Shown: piece after piece, positions 9,484 to 20,400 of the stretch | How the letters are laid out: each line of letters begins with the position of its first letter | Position numbering within the stretch: position 1 is the first letter of the stretch | Origin: Cuniculiplasma divulgatum | GTDB taxonomy: Archaea > Thermoplasmatota > Thermoplasmata > Thermoplasmatales > Thermoplasmataceae | Assembly (NCBI RefSeq): GCF_900083515.1 | Contig: NZ_LT671858.1 | Coordinates: forward strand, 990,001 to 1,022,000 | Direction of reading: 5' to 3' | Length of the DNA: 32,000 bases | Program-made: the position numbers and the translations under genes | The notes under the pieces: model-generated | Told to the model about the DNA's origin: nothing | Databases searched by the model: none | What the model saw: the letters and a program-made list of their open reading frames with translations, nothing else

Positions 9484-12400
9484 CTAGTTCTTTCTTCTCA
9501 TTATCACAACGACTGCTCCTATCACAACTACTAGTGCGATAACACCGAATATGGCAAACAACTCATCGTTGGTCAGTGTTGAAACAGCCTTTGCAGGCTG
9601 GGCCACTGCTTTTAATGACAGATCCACATTCTTTGTAGCGCCATTGCCAAGAGTGAAATTGTCGTATACTGTTTCATAACCATTATCTGAAACAACAACT
9701 TCATAGGATCCTGCTGCGACACTCATATTGAATGCACCTGTGGATGATAGTGACACTGACTTGCCGTTTATTGTTACAGTAGCACCACTGGGTGATATGT
9801 TTCCTGCTATGTACGAATAGTGGAGATATGTAACTGATTCAGATACATCCTTTCCGCTGACCTTTACTGTAAACTGAGTTACTGTGGTGTAATAGTCTGT
9901 TGTATTGGTGACAGTGAATGTGTATGTTCCATTTGTCAGTGAGAAAGTTATGGATGAGCCTGAAACTGCACTTCCACTAACCGATCCATTCACATACCAT
10001 GTTGTTCCTGACGGTAATCCAGTTTCTGAAAAGACAACGCTGTATTTTGCAGCTGTCTTTGGAATGGATACGTCCGGTGAGTATTTCCAGTATAGTGTTG
10101 GATCACCTGAGAGATGTGTTACTGTTAGAATGGCAGATCCTGTTGATGATATGGATATGGTGAAATTCTTGTACTGAACCCCATTGATATATACCTTGCT
10201 TTCCAGTATCTCAGTTATGGTTGCATTCTGTATCTCATTATATGGCAGCAGAATGATAAGCGTTCCATTAGGATTCGCAGTGTAATTCAGTGAAACATAT
10301 CCATTTGCAGGTTTAATTCCTGAAACTGTCACATTGTACCCGGTTGAAACTGTTCCGTTGGATGTGCTTGTGGATGTTGGGGCAGGCTCCTTTACCAGTG
10401 CAATATTGCTCAGTGTTGTGGATGACGAAAGATTTAGTGTTTCGGAGAATGGGTAATATCCATTTTCCACCGCAGATATGGTAACACTTCCTGCCGGTAC
10501 TGATACCTCGAAGTAACCGGTTGAGTTGACATATGCCACGAAACCGTTAACTGTGAGAGATGCATTCAACTGATCCAGGCGTCCCTGTATAATCACAGAG
10601 CTGGATACCTTTTTAAGTGTTACATCAAGACTGGTTGCTTTATTTTCATATACCTTCACGGTGGTAACATATCCCTGGTAGCCTGAAGCAGAAACACTTA
10701 TGTAATATGTTCCTGGTGAAATTGTCGTGTTGAAATAACCGTTCATCAAGGGTATTACGGCTCCATTGGCTGTGACAGTGGCATTTGCCGGCAGTACTAT
10801 ACCTGTAAGATATCCATATACGGGAATTTCAGTTAATGTTACACTGTATGAGTATGAATGATTCCATGACAGATAGACAAGGTTTGTATATGGTGTGTAT
10901 CCTTTTTCATCTACACTTATGTAATAGTAGCCCTCCTTTACGTAGCTGGTGTACTGTCCTAAAATTAGGGATTCGTTAGCACCGTTAAGGGAAAGACTGG
11001 CTGTTTGCGGATTTACATCAATTTTCAGAAACGCTTCCTTTTCATAGTTTATTACAACTGAAATATCAGCACCATGAACAACTATGGTTCCACTTTTCAC
11101 GAAGTAGTGATCTATCATATACGGAATGTAGGAATAGGTTCCGTTTGTAAGCATCAAACTATATTCACTTCCAACGCTTAGGTTTCCTGAAGATGTTAAA
11201 CTCACACCTGTTCCAATGTTTACACCCCATACAAATCCAGAAGGCAAACCTTTCTCCATGAATAAAACGTTATATTCAACTTTGTAGAATGTAATGTTTA
11301 TGTAAATATTCTTACCATTGACGGTAAATGTTCCGCTTCTAAGATCCGGGGCATATATTTTGTTTGCTGAGGTGATTGTAAATGAATAGGAGCCGTTTGG
11401 AAGATAGAATATATAATTACCCAGCGTATTTGATCCCGGGATAGGACCGGATTTCATTCCATTTGAAAGATTTACATACCATGTATAACCAGCTTTCAAT
11501 CCGTTCTCATCGAATGTAATCGAATAGTTTTCCTCGGAGAACTTTATATTCTGGGTAACGGATGATCCATTTATTATGAGTGAACCTCCATTTGAGTGGT
11601 AGAGCTTGTTACTCGATGCAATGTTATAGAAATAGGTACTGTTAAAGAGAATGAATGAAAATGTAGTTCCTGTTATTGGACCTGATGTGATCCCGTCTGT
11701 TAGATTCACGTACCAGATTGTTCCTGATGGCAAACCAGACTCATTGAATACCATAGTATACATTATGTAAAACTGAATTTGTTCATTCACAGAGGATCCA
11801 TTCACACTAAAGTTGCCCATATCAAAGAAATATACATTATTGTTGGAGGATACTGTGTAATTATATGTCCCGTTGGTAGCATAGAATGTAAAGAAAGTAC
11901 CATTAATAGGTCCAAATTTTGACAATTCACCAGGGCCGCATGTAACGTTTATATACCAGGATGTGCCCAATGGTAAATCTGTTCTGGTGAAGTTGATTGT
12001 GTATAAAGCTTCGAACTGTACTTTCTCGGTAATTGCTGATCCGTCTACCTTAAAAGATCCGCAGCAAGGTGCATAATATAGGCCATTGGTTGCATCCGAA
12101 GATGATGAATAATTATATGAACTGTTGATAAGATTAAATGTATATGATGTTCCACTAATTGGTCCAGAACTTAATCCATCTGTAAGATTTACATACCATG
12201 GAGTACCAAAAGGTATTCCTGTCCTTGTGAATGTAACATTATACTGACCTTTATGAACTGCAGGTGCTATAATGCTTATGGTTCCTGAGTTTTTGTTACC
12301 TACATATAGATTTCCATTCAATGGATCAAACAGTGTGGTGTATGGATAGGTACCCACAGTTATATTTCCGGCCAAGGAGTTTGTTGCACCGTTTATTTGA

Positions 12401-14262
12401 ACCGTATTATTGTATACATCACTTGCACCGTATATATATCCGTTCACAAAATCATAGGATAACCCTGCAAGATGGGCTCCCACATTTATTGACTTAATCA
12501 CTTTGTTAGACGAACCATCTATAACGGATACATTCTTGCTGAAGTAGTTTGATACATATATATAGCCGTTTGAGGAATCAAATGTCATGAATATAGGACC
12601 ACTACCAACAGTTATATTTGCAACAACCTTGCTTTCTGATGGATTTATAACTGAAACCATGTAATGCTGTTCTATAGAAACATAAATATTTCCATTGATG
12701 GAATCATATGCCAGCCCACAGGGATTGGTTTGTGTCGCGATTGTTGCAGTAACTGTGTTGGTCATTCCATTGATAACGGTTACATTGCTTGAACCAGTAT
12801 CTGCTACGTATAGATTTCCATTTGATGAATCGTATGCTATGGCCCTTGGATAGTGCTGTACCTTGATGGTCGTTATTACCGTATTTGTGACTCCGTTAAT
12901 CACAGTCACATCATTTGAACCCTGGTTAACAACATATACATAACCATTCATTGAGTCGTAAGTGATTGCTCTTGGATGGGATCCAACGTTTATGTTTTTC
13001 ACAAGCATATTAGTTACACTATTGATCACTGATACATCATTTTCAAAACAGTTTGCAACATATATATTTCCATTGGAAGTATCAAGCGTTGATGCAGTAG
13101 GAGAGTAAGTAAAGTTAATGAAACCCAAGAGTTCATTATTATTTCCATTGATAATAGAAATGTTACTGTATGTTGGAATGTACAGATAATTGTTTTGTGA
13201 ATCATATGTCCCCTTTGTGGCGGTGCATTCCAGATTAATATTTTTTAAAATAGTATTGGTTGCAAGATCCAGAACGGAAACATTATTTGACCCCCCATTG
13301 CTAATATAAAGGTAATTTGAGGTCCCATCAAAAGTCTCAAAGGTTGGTTTATCGAAAGACGTTATATTTCCAATGATTTTTTCAGTGTTTGCATTAACCA
13401 AAGTTACATTATTTGTATTTGGGTTTGTAATATAAAGTAAGGAATTAGAATTGTCATAAGACAAACAAAAAGGATCCTTACCGACGCTTATATTCCCAAC
13501 AATTTTATTGCTTGTTGTGTTCACAACATATACATTTCCGTAGGTGCAATCAGCTACGTAAAGATTTCCATTCTGGGAATCATAGGCCATTCCCACCGGA
13601 CTTGAATTTTTGCCTGTAAAAATGGATGACACTACCTTATTAGATTTTCCTGAAATCACAGAAATATTACCTGAACATATGTTTGAAACATAAATGTTGC
13701 CGGTGGAGGGAACATATAGAGACGTAAATGGAGCGTTTCCAACACTTATACTTTTAACCACATCATTACTCGTGGTATTTATGACAGTTATATTGTGTGA
13801 GTTTTCTTGTGGCAAATATATATATCCATTAGCTGAGTCATAGGAAATCATCGAGGGGTAATAATCCACCTTGATAGTTTTTTCCACAACTCTAGACGAT
13901 GTGTTGATTATTAGAAGTTGACCGCCGTTTGCATCTGAGTAATACAATAAACCATTTGATGGATCATAGAAGTCGGAGAAGCCTACTACCGAGCAATCGT
14001 ATAAAAAGTTTCCCTTCACCAAACTGTTGTTATTCATCACAATAGTTTTCAAAACTGGACTCTGATTAATGGCCCCTGCAGATACCTGAGGATTCACGCT
14101 TAAAATAGTGTGTGTGCCAGCAGTATTTGTAGGCTGATTTATAGTATTAATTCCGGAATTGTTGTTTGCAGCTATAGAGGCTGCTGAGCTCAGCAAAAAC
14201 AGGATTACGACAAATATAGCCATCCCTTCAGAGAAAAATTTATTATTTAAAAATTTGTTCAT
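9484..14262 (-). CDS. Giant surface glycoprotein: signal peptide, 14 YVTN-type beta-propeller blades, 6 GLP/NGTY modules, about 4 PEGA-like units, C-terminal TM anchor
   Basis: This is a 1592-aa ORF with the signal peptide MAIFVVILFLLSSAASIAA. Fourteen ~40-aa repeats of the form YD-S-x-NG-x-[IL]YV-x-N-x-x-S-N-x-V-[ST]-VI-x-x-x-T-N-x-V-x-x-x-I-x-VG-x-x-P span residues ~95-667 (nt 12262-13980). Modules 1-5 cover residues 674-1077 (nt 11032-12243) and module 6 covers residues 1407-1483 (nt 9814-10044). PEGA-like units lie at nt ~10390-11031 and ~9607-9813. The anchor is FGVIALVVVIGAVVVIM followed by RRKN. Confidence 0.9.
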   Translation of the reverse strand: MNKFLNNKFFSEGMAIFVVILFLLSSAASIAANNNSGINTINQPTNTAGTHTILSVNPQVSAGAINQSPVLKTIVMNNNSLVKGNFLYDCSVVGFSDFYDPSNGLLYYSDANGGQLLIINTSSRVVEKTIKVDYYPSMISYDSANGYIYLPQENSHNITVINTTSNDVVKSISVGNAPFTSLYVPSTGNIYVSNICSGNISVISGKSNKVVSSIFTGKNSSPVGMAYDSQNGNLYVADCTYGNVYVVNTTSNKIVGNISVGKDPFCLSYDNSNSLLYITNPNTNNVTLVNANTEKIIGNITSFDKPTFETFDGTSNYLYISNGGSNNVSVLDLATNTILKNINLECTATKGTYDSQNNYLYIPTYSNISIINGNNNELLGFINFTYSPTASTLDTSNGNIYVANCFENDVSVINSVTNMLVKNINVGSHPRAITYDSMNGYVYVVNQGSNDVTVINGVTNTVITTIKVQHYPRAIAYDSSNGNLYVADTGSSNVTVINGMTNTVTATIATQTNPCGLAYDSINGNIYVSIEQHYMVSVINPSESKVVANITVGSGPIFMTFDSSNGYIYVSNYFSKNVSVIDGSSNKVIKSINVGAHLAGLSYDFVNGYIYGASDVYNNTVQINGATNSLAGNITVGTYPYTTLFDPLNGNLYVGNKNSGTISIIAPAVHKGQYNVTFTRTGIPFGTPWYVNLTDGLSSGPISGTSYTFNLINSSYNYSSSSDATNGLYYAPCCGSFKVDGSAITEKVQFEALYTINFTRTDLPLGTSWYINVTCGPGELSKFGPINGTFFTFYATNGTYNYTVSSNNNVYFFDMGNFSVNGSSVNEQIQFYIMYTMVFNESGLPSGTIWYVNLTDGITSGPITGTTFSFILFNSTYFYNIASSNKLYHSNGGSLIINGSSVTQNIKFSEENYSITFDENGLKAGYTWYVNLSNGMKSGPIPGSNTLGNYIFYLPNGSYSFTITSANKIYAPDLRSGTFTVNGKNIYINITFYKVEYNVLFMEKGLPSGFVWGVNIGTGVSLTSSGNLSVGSEYSLMLTNGTYSYIPYMIDHYFVKSGTIVVHGADISVVINYEKEAFLKIDVNPQTASLSLNGANESLILGQYTSYVKEGYYYISVDEKGYTPYTNLVYLSWNHSYSYSVTLTEIPVYGYLTGIVLPANATVTANGAVIPLMNGYFNTTISPGTYYISVSASGYQGYVTTVKVYENKATSLDVTLKKVSSSVIIQGRLDQLNASLTVNGFVAYVNSTGYFEVSVPAGSVTISAVENGYYPFSETLNLSSSTTLSNIALVKEPAPTSTSTSNGTVSTGYNVTVSGIKPANGYVSLNYTANPNGTLIILLPYNEIQNATITEILESKVYINGVQYKNFTISISSTGSAILTVTHLSGDPTLYWKYSPDVSIPKTAAKYSVVFSETGLPSGTTWYVNGSVSGSAVSGSSITFSLTNGTYTFTVTNTTDYYTTVTQFTVKVSGKDVSESVTYLHYSYIAGNISPSGATVTINGKSVSLSSTGAFNMSVAAGSYEVVVSDNGYETVYDNFTLGNGATKNVDLSLKAVAQPAKAVSTLTNDELFAIFGVIALVVVIGAVVVIMRRKN

Positions 14263-14475
14263 TCGTCCCTAATATCGACCCAATTAATAATAACTTGGAT
14301 ATACTTATTAATAGTGTAAAGAAAAAAATAGTTTTGAATGGTAATTCATAAGAAATAGTTATTAAAATTTTATAAAATATTATAAAAACGATCGCAATTT
14401 CAGATCTAAAACATTATGAAAATACTTTTTATCTCTTCTATTTAATTCCAATGATAAATGAAGAATGTGTTATTT

Positions 14476-14502
14476 ATTCCTTTTTACAAAGATGAAAGGA
14501 AT
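14476..14502 (-). terminator. Hairpin ATTCCTTT-(11 nt)-AAAGGAAT just after the stop of the 3-TM gene
   Basis: An 8-bp perfect stem (9 of 10 if extended) begins 3 nt beyond the stop codon at 14505-14507. No strong T-tract follows immediately, so the call is weak. Confidence 0.3.
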
Positions 14503-14504
14503 GA

Positions 14505-14792
14505 TTATGGAGAAAGTATCCTGTACAGGATTATAAGTACAGCAATGCCAAATAGATTTATTATAAACAACGGAACAGAAAGTGCTATCCCATATTTCAA
14601 TGAAAATCCATAATAGATATAAATGGATACAATTTCCTGCAACAGTATGAGTGTGCCAAGTGCAATAACCGGCCTGTAAACTTTTACCCTGTTCTTTCTC
14701 ATCTCAGATGAAAACACGTATATAATAACCAGTGAAATTATCAGCTCTACTGCTAGCACTCCTATATTCAGGAACCACATTACCTCAGTCAT
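14505..14792 (-). CDS. Small 3-TM membrane protein, translationally coupled to the upstream wHTH gene
   Basis: This 95-aa protein has three hydrophobic helices. Its ATG overlaps the stop of the wHTH gene as ATGA (14789-14792). Confidence 0.65.
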   Translation of the reverse strand: MTEVMWFLNIGVLAVELIISLVIIYVFSSEMRKNRVKVYRPVIALGTLILLQEIVSIYIYYGFSLKYGIALSVPLFIINLFGIAVLIILYRILSP

Positions 14793-15085
14793 ACATTCAT
14801 TCCCCTCCTCTTCATCATTGCCACAATTTCATCATATATCTTCTCTACCAATGCAGATGGAAAGTATATTTTACCATATCCTTCACCCTCCTCAACAACC
14901 ATTTCACTTTTTATCAGTATGTTAATATGATGTTCAACTGTTCTGTAGTTCACATCCAGTTCCCTCGCAAGGCTGTTCATATTCTGTGGCCTATTTATCA
15001 GTGTTCCAATGATTCTCATTCTCATTGGGCCACCTCTCGTAGCTCCCAGAATATACCACACAAGCCTTTCAGTCTCCCTGTCCAA
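14789..15085 (-). CDS. Winged-helix (ArsR/MarR-like) transcriptional regulator
   Basis: This is a 98-aa protein. The segment GATRGGPMRMRIIGTLINRPQNMNSLARELDVNYRTVEHHINILIKSEMV fits a wHTH recognition module. The GTRGG-x-x-R-x-RI lead-in is one I recall from small archaeal regulators. The start is a TTG in the track, so the exact start is uncertain. Confidence 0.75.
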   Translation of the reverse strand: MDRETERLVWYILGATRGGPMRMRIIGTLINRPQNMNSLARELDVNYRTVEHHINILIKSEMVVEEGEGYGKIYFPSALVEKIYDEIVAMMKRRGMNV

Positions 15086-15136
15086 GTGTTACACTACCAA
15101 TCTGTCTATTCAAATTAAGGTAAAAGGTTTTAGATT

Positions 15137-16168
15137 TCAAACCTTATTTATAGGACCAATTGCAGTGTTGTCAAAGTTTTCGTAAATGATCTCATAGTTG
15201 TATGCACCGGTATGAACATCGAAGCCCATGTTGTAATACTCTATTCCGTAGGTGACATTAATGTATTCGAACTTTGAAAGGTTAGAGCTGCTCTGCACTA
15301 TGAACTGTACCGTAGCGTTAACATTTGCACTGTTTCCATGCATGGTTACCACTGGAGGTGCCTCTGAGTAGAACCAGACGGCGTTCCACAAACCAAAGAA
15401 CTTGTTCCATGTTCCCATTATGGCACTGTATCCATTGTAGTTACCCTTTAATGGACCGCTTGCCCAGTGAAGTGTTGCATTGGAAGTATATTCCTGCATT
15501 ACCGTTGTTATATTTTCTATGGCTATGTTATTCCAGTGGTTGAATGCCAGGGAATTTATCTGATTTGTCTGAGAATTCTTCTCCGTAGAAGACACGAATC
15601 CTGATCCTGTGATCTTCCATATCTCCTTTTGAATCATTGGTCCAGTTGCGGATGTACTTACTGAAGTATATGCTGTTACACCACTGGATGAAGATACGGA
15701 TACTTTTCCAAGGCTGTATACCAGTGTGTAACTTACATTTATGTACTGAGCCTGGTTCTGACTATTGATAGGCGTAACAACAAACTGGTTCTGGGAAGTC
15801 ACTGTAGCATAATTACCACTCATTGAAACTGTGGGTGGATTAACAGAGTAAAACCAGACCGCACTCCAGAGACCAAAGAATTTATTCCATGTAGATGTTA
15901 TATTTACAACACCATGATATGTGCCTGTAAGTGGTCCGCCAACCCACTGAAGTGTTGCATTAGAAGCATACTGACTGCTTAACAATGTTGAGTTTTCTAT
16001 GGATATATCATTCCAGTGAGAGAACGCATCTCCCAGAACTGCTGATTCCTCTGTGTTTGGGCTTGCCTGAGGGTGGGCTGCAAGATCCGAATAAGTGTAA
16101 GCAAAGGCTCCTGCAAAGCCTATCATCAAAACTCCAAGCACTACTGCTATAATTTTTGTTAAATTCAT
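15137..16168 (-). CDS. Exported or membrane-anchored protein with two tandem NTF2/SnoaL-like domains
   Basis: There is an internal duplication. FSHWNDISIENSTLLSSQYASNATLQWVGGPLTGTYHGVVNITSTWNKFFGLWSAVWFYS repeats as FNHWNNIAIENITTVMQEYTSNATLHWASGPLKGNYNGYSAIMGTWNKFFGLWNAVWFYS. The N-terminal anchor is MNLTKIIAVVLGVLMIGFAGAFA. The track start at 16225 is a GTG. I prefer the ATG at 16168, but promoter geometry is ambiguous and ATG 16198 is also possible. Confidence 0.75.
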   Translation of the reverse strand: MNLTKIIAVVLGVLMIGFAGAFAYTYSDLAAHPQASPNTEESAVLGDAFSHWNDISIENSTLLSSQYASNATLQWVGGPLTGTYHGVVNITSTWNKFFGLWSAVWFYSVNPPTVSMSGNYATVTSQNQFVVTPINSQNQAQYINVSYTLVYSLGKVSVSSSSGVTAYTSVSTSATGPMIQKEIWKITGSGFVSSTEKNSQTNQINSLAFNHWNNIAIENITTVMQEYTSNATLHWASGPLKGNYNGYSAIMGTWNKFFGLWNAVWFYSEAPPVVTMHGNSANVNATVQFIVQSSSNLSKFEYINVTYGIEYYNMGFDVHTGAYNYEIIYENFDNTAIGPINKV

Positions 16169-16229
16169 TTTGATCAGAAATATATATAATCTGTTCATAA
16201 GGCAGTTTTTCAAGATCAAATACACATTA

Positions 16230-16248
16230 TATGCAAATTCTTTGCATA
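16230..16248. promoter_or_regulatory. Perfect palindrome TATGCAAA-TTC-TTTGCATA upstream of the NTF2-like gene (candidate operator)
   Basis: Two 8-bp arms with a 3-bp spacer lie in the divergent promoter region between 16168/16225 (-) and 16481 (+). The palindrome overlaps A/T-box-like sequence (CTTATTAT on the minus strand). Confidence 0.3.
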
Positions 16249-16480
16249 ATAAGAATCAAATTTCTGTAATTTCTCTAAATTTGTGGATGTGACTTTACTA
16301 TGGTTAATATGACAAATGTTGAGGAGGTTCAGAAGTTTTCATATTCCATAATGAATTTCATGCAGTATTAGTTTGAAATCTGTTAAGAAAATTTAACTTA
16401 TGTTAATGTGTAATTGGAATTTATTTAAACGAAATGGAAAAATAGCTGCCAAGACTTAAAAGCAATCATACATTATAAGA

Positions 16481-17443
16481 ATGATTAGCATGGTTAACTT
16501 CAAAGAATCCCTCAATAATTTGCCCCTTATATTCACAGTTATACCCTTAAGGGACAGCAAGACCGGAGATCCGGAGCATGACAACAGGATCGTGAAGAAT
16601 ATTGAAGCACGGATTATGGATATATCCAAAACACTGTCAGATTTCCCAGGATTAACAGCTATTAATGTTCCTGAACTGGTGGAAGAAAATCATGAGGGAA
16701 AGCCAAGATATAACAGCATATTTACAAGAAAACTGGCCAGGGGAATTGCATATCAGCTTGGAAAAGAAGCAATCATTAATAAGGTTGTAGCACACATGGA
16801 ATCCTTTGATGAATTTGCCAACTGGATTGTGGAAACTGAATCGCAGGGCATCAGGAATATTGTTCTTGTTGGTGGAAATACAAGACATCACAGGTATACC
16901 GGCCCAAATGTTTCAGAGGCAAACCTGATTACAAAACATCTTATGAAGACGAAAAATTTGAATGATATTACCATAGGAAACATCTGTTTGCCTGAGAGGG
17001 GTGGTGAGGCAAGAAGGATGTTATATAAGACCATATCAGGAGCTGATTTCTTTACAACGCAGATGTTATTTGAGGGGGATCACATAACTCATCTTCTGAA
17101 GGAATATGGTGAATTATGTTCAAAGGCACAGGTGAATCCTGCAACAGTGATCCTGAGTTTTGCACCACTAAAGAGTGTTGCTGACCTCAATCTGCTGGAT
17201 TTCCTTGGCGTTGATCTACCTGATGAAACAAAAGATTACATACTTGAGAATGAGCAGGTTTCCAAAGCGTATAAGAGATCTATCAAAAACGCATTAGATG
17301 TTCTGACGGCAATAATGAGTGACAAGATCCATAATTACCCTGAAATAAACATAGGAATAAATGTGGAACAGCTCACTAAATCCAATATGCCCTATTCAAT
17401 CGAGATGTTAAAAGAATTTCATATTATGACCCAGAAAAAATAA
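16481..17443 (+). CDS. Methylenetetrahydrofolate reductase-like (MetF/MTHFR family) protein
   Basis: This is a 320-aa protein. The pattern NIVLVGGN ... IGNICLPERGG ... KTISGADFFTTQMLFEGDHITHLL ... VILSFAPLKS parallels the MTHFR blocks (LaLrGD, yPE.h, GAdfiiTQ.fFD, PI.pGi.P). The assignment is from motif memory only. Confidence 0.6.
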   Translation: MISMVNFKESLNNLPLIFTVIPLRDSKTGDPEHDNRIVKNIEARIMDISKTLSDFPGLTAINVPELVEENHEGKPRYNSIFTRKLARGIAYQLGKEAIINKVVAHMESFDEFANWIVETESQGIRNIVLVGGNTRHHRYTGPNVSEANLITKHLMKTKNLNDITIGNICLPERGGEARRMLYKTISGADFFTTQMLFEGDHITHLLKEYGELCSKAQVNPATVILSFAPLKSVADLNLLDFLGVDLPDETKDYILENEQVSKAYKRSIKNALDVLTAIMSDKIHNYPEINIGINVEQLTKSNMPYSIEMLKEFHIMTQKK

Positions 17444-17444
17444 A

Positions 17445-17460
17445 ATTGTTGTTTAACAAT
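17445..17460. terminator. Small palindrome ATTGTT-GTTT-AACAAT in the 41-bp spacer between convergent stops
   Basis: A 6-bp stem flanked by A/T runs lies between the stops at 17443 (+) and 17485 (-). Confidence 0.25.
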
Positions 17461-17484
17461 AAAAATATTAATAAATTTTTAAAA

Positions 17485-20400
17485 TTATGGTACAGTCTTC
17501 TTTCTAAGGACAAGCATAACCCCGGCACCAACAGCAAGACCCGCTATTGCGGCGACGGCTATACCCACATATGTCAGTGTTGGGGAAACTCCTGGCTTAG
17601 CGTAATTTACAGTCACACTGTAATTGCCAAATACTGCAAAGTTGCCAGTTCTCTCTGATGAGATATATCCCGTTTCATTGCCTACCCTGTAGGTTAGGTT
17701 TGATCCTATGGGCATTGTCAGCGAAATTGAGGACTGAGTGCTTGAATAAACATGTCCATTGACTGTTACTGTCCAGTTTGTTCCTGATGCAAGTCCATTT
17801 TCATTGAAGGTTACAGTATAACTTATTCCCATGAATGATACTGTTTGTGTCATATTTGAAGTAACATCAATTGTGCCAGAAGCAACAACAGGAGAATAGT
17901 GACTTGATGAATCAGCTACTGTGTAGGTGTATGTGCCCATTGGGATGTTTGTGAATGTCAGCATGTTAGTATATCCAGACATTGTCATATGATCCATGGT
18001 CACTGTCCAGTTAACTCCACTGGGTAAACCGCCACTCATAAACGTTACGGAATACTGTGGAAGTTTACTGAATGTAAGTGGCTCGTTAACAGATGAAGAT
18101 ACTACATCTACTGATCCAGATAAAGACCCATATCCATATGAAGTTGCCTTAAATGAATAGGTTCCTGGGGACACTAATAGATTTATGTATGAACCAGTTG
18201 TTGTATGTGTTGTTCCATTTACATCTACACTCCAGGCTGTACCATTTGCCAACCCTGATTCGGTGAAGTTAAGGGAATACAGATACTGGTTACTGGCCTG
18301 CGTTGATACATCCCCATATTTTATCAATGAGCTGCTTGCAGGTGAATTGATACTGACAAACTTGTTATGGCCTATAACATTATCACCACCGTAAACAATC
18401 AGTGAACTGCCTGCTCCATACTGATTTCCAAGTAGTTCCACATGCTTGGATTCAAATGTGTTTCCCTGAATGTTGTTTATTCCATACTGCACGATTAGAT
18501 TTGCTGCTGAGTCTCCTCCAGATGTATAGAAAGTTGAACCTGTTACACTGTTTACACCGTCCATGAATGTAATGCTATTTAAGTTAACCTGATAGTCACA
18601 GCATATTGTTTCCTCATCATTCTGGAAGTTTATCACAGCAAATGTGTCTCCTGATAAAACGTTTGTTCCATCATAGGTCCATAGGTATGTCGGAAATTCG
18701 TAACCTTCACTGACAGATGTTGGAATACTCTGGATTATGCTGTTTGTAAAGGAATTGTTTGAGAATATTGATTCGAATTCAACGCCTATTATGAACGAAC
18801 CTGTTGTAGAAAAGTTTCCATATTCAGAAAAACCCCTGACTCCAAATAGTTGAGAACTGCTGATCATAGTATTGCTCTTTTCTGAAGCAAATAACAAATA
18901 TGAGCCTGTAGCTGACTCAATGTTATTTAGTCCGTTCAAAGAGTACAGTTCAGTGTTATATATTTTAACCGAGCTCAGCTTAACAGTAGAATTTATATTA
19001 CATATGTATGTTGAATTTAGAACTTTTCCACTAATGGAAATCATTGAATTTTCTACTATCAGGCTCATGTCTATATATTCACCACCTACATCACTTGATG
19101 TAGAGTCATAGACTATGATTTTACTGCTTCCCTGATAATTATTCATTGAACTTGCTGAGGAAAGGTAATAACAATATACACTCTCAGATACAAGGTTATC
19201 TGTACTCATTATTTTCGAATCGACAACCAGTAAATCGTCATGCGTTACAATAGTTCCACGAATGTTTAAGGAAGCTCCATCACATGCTAGTAGGATAGTA
19301 TCTTCTAAATGGCTGTGTACAAGATCTGCAGTTCCATTTACCTCGGTTAAATTTCCACAGCAAATTATGTCACTTGCAAGGATAACACTTCCACAGTATA
19401 GATATATATTATTATATTCCAGGGTAGACACGCTGTTGGATATAGTGATATCTGTAGAATTGACAGTTGTGATTGGAAACTTTGTATCGAAAGAGGTTTG
19501 GACTATGAAATCGTTTGAAGAATCCCAAAAAGTTATCTCTCCTGCAATAAACCCGTCTTCTCCAGGGTAAAAGATTCCACTAACTTGCATGCCAATCATT
19601 GAATAATTCTGAACTTTATAAAAGGCGAATGGCATTGAATTAAAACCTACATAAGAACCATTATAGGAGTTTTCAACACAGGGTTGTTCGCTATCAACTG
19701 AGCTTACATAGTCCGTAGTTCCACTCAAAAAGACTGCCATAAATACTGGAAATCCAAAATCGTTTAGTTGTCCAAATACTGGATCTACCTCACAACACTG
19801 GTCTGCAAGTATGTATGGTTCCATTGGTGTACCATTTCCCTGTACGGCTATGTTAGAAAGTTGATTGTTATTGAAAGCGTATAGTGGTGTGTACCCGCAG
19901 TACGACGTATTGAAAGGCAGGTTAACTGAAATAACTTTTACTGGACCATTTGCCTTGCCCGATATATTTGATTCGAATGCAGGTGCATAGTTTGAAAGAA
20001 GTACCTGAAGGCTGTATGTTCCTGGGGTGAGAGTGAGCATAAACTTTCCGTTCTGTTGCAATGGTGCCCACTGTGCAGTTAAATTGTTCACTTTTGTCCC
20101 AACATTGACAAATAAAAATGCGTTTGAAGGTTCAATCTGGCCTGTTATCTTCATGTCACCCATTTTTGTTGCGGACTGTATACCCCACATTCCTTCGAGA
20201 ATACTTGGACCTGTGTTGATCTCTGCAACATCATTTGAATTCCAGTAAATGGATTCACCTGATGACGTTTCTCCAGTATCAGTACCATAGTCATATGCGC
20301 TCGGTACATTCATGTATGCTGAGCTTGTTGCATTGTAATATTTCAATGTCATATTTGCGTTTACATTATAAAGGGTTGTTGTGCTTCCACCACCTGGTCC

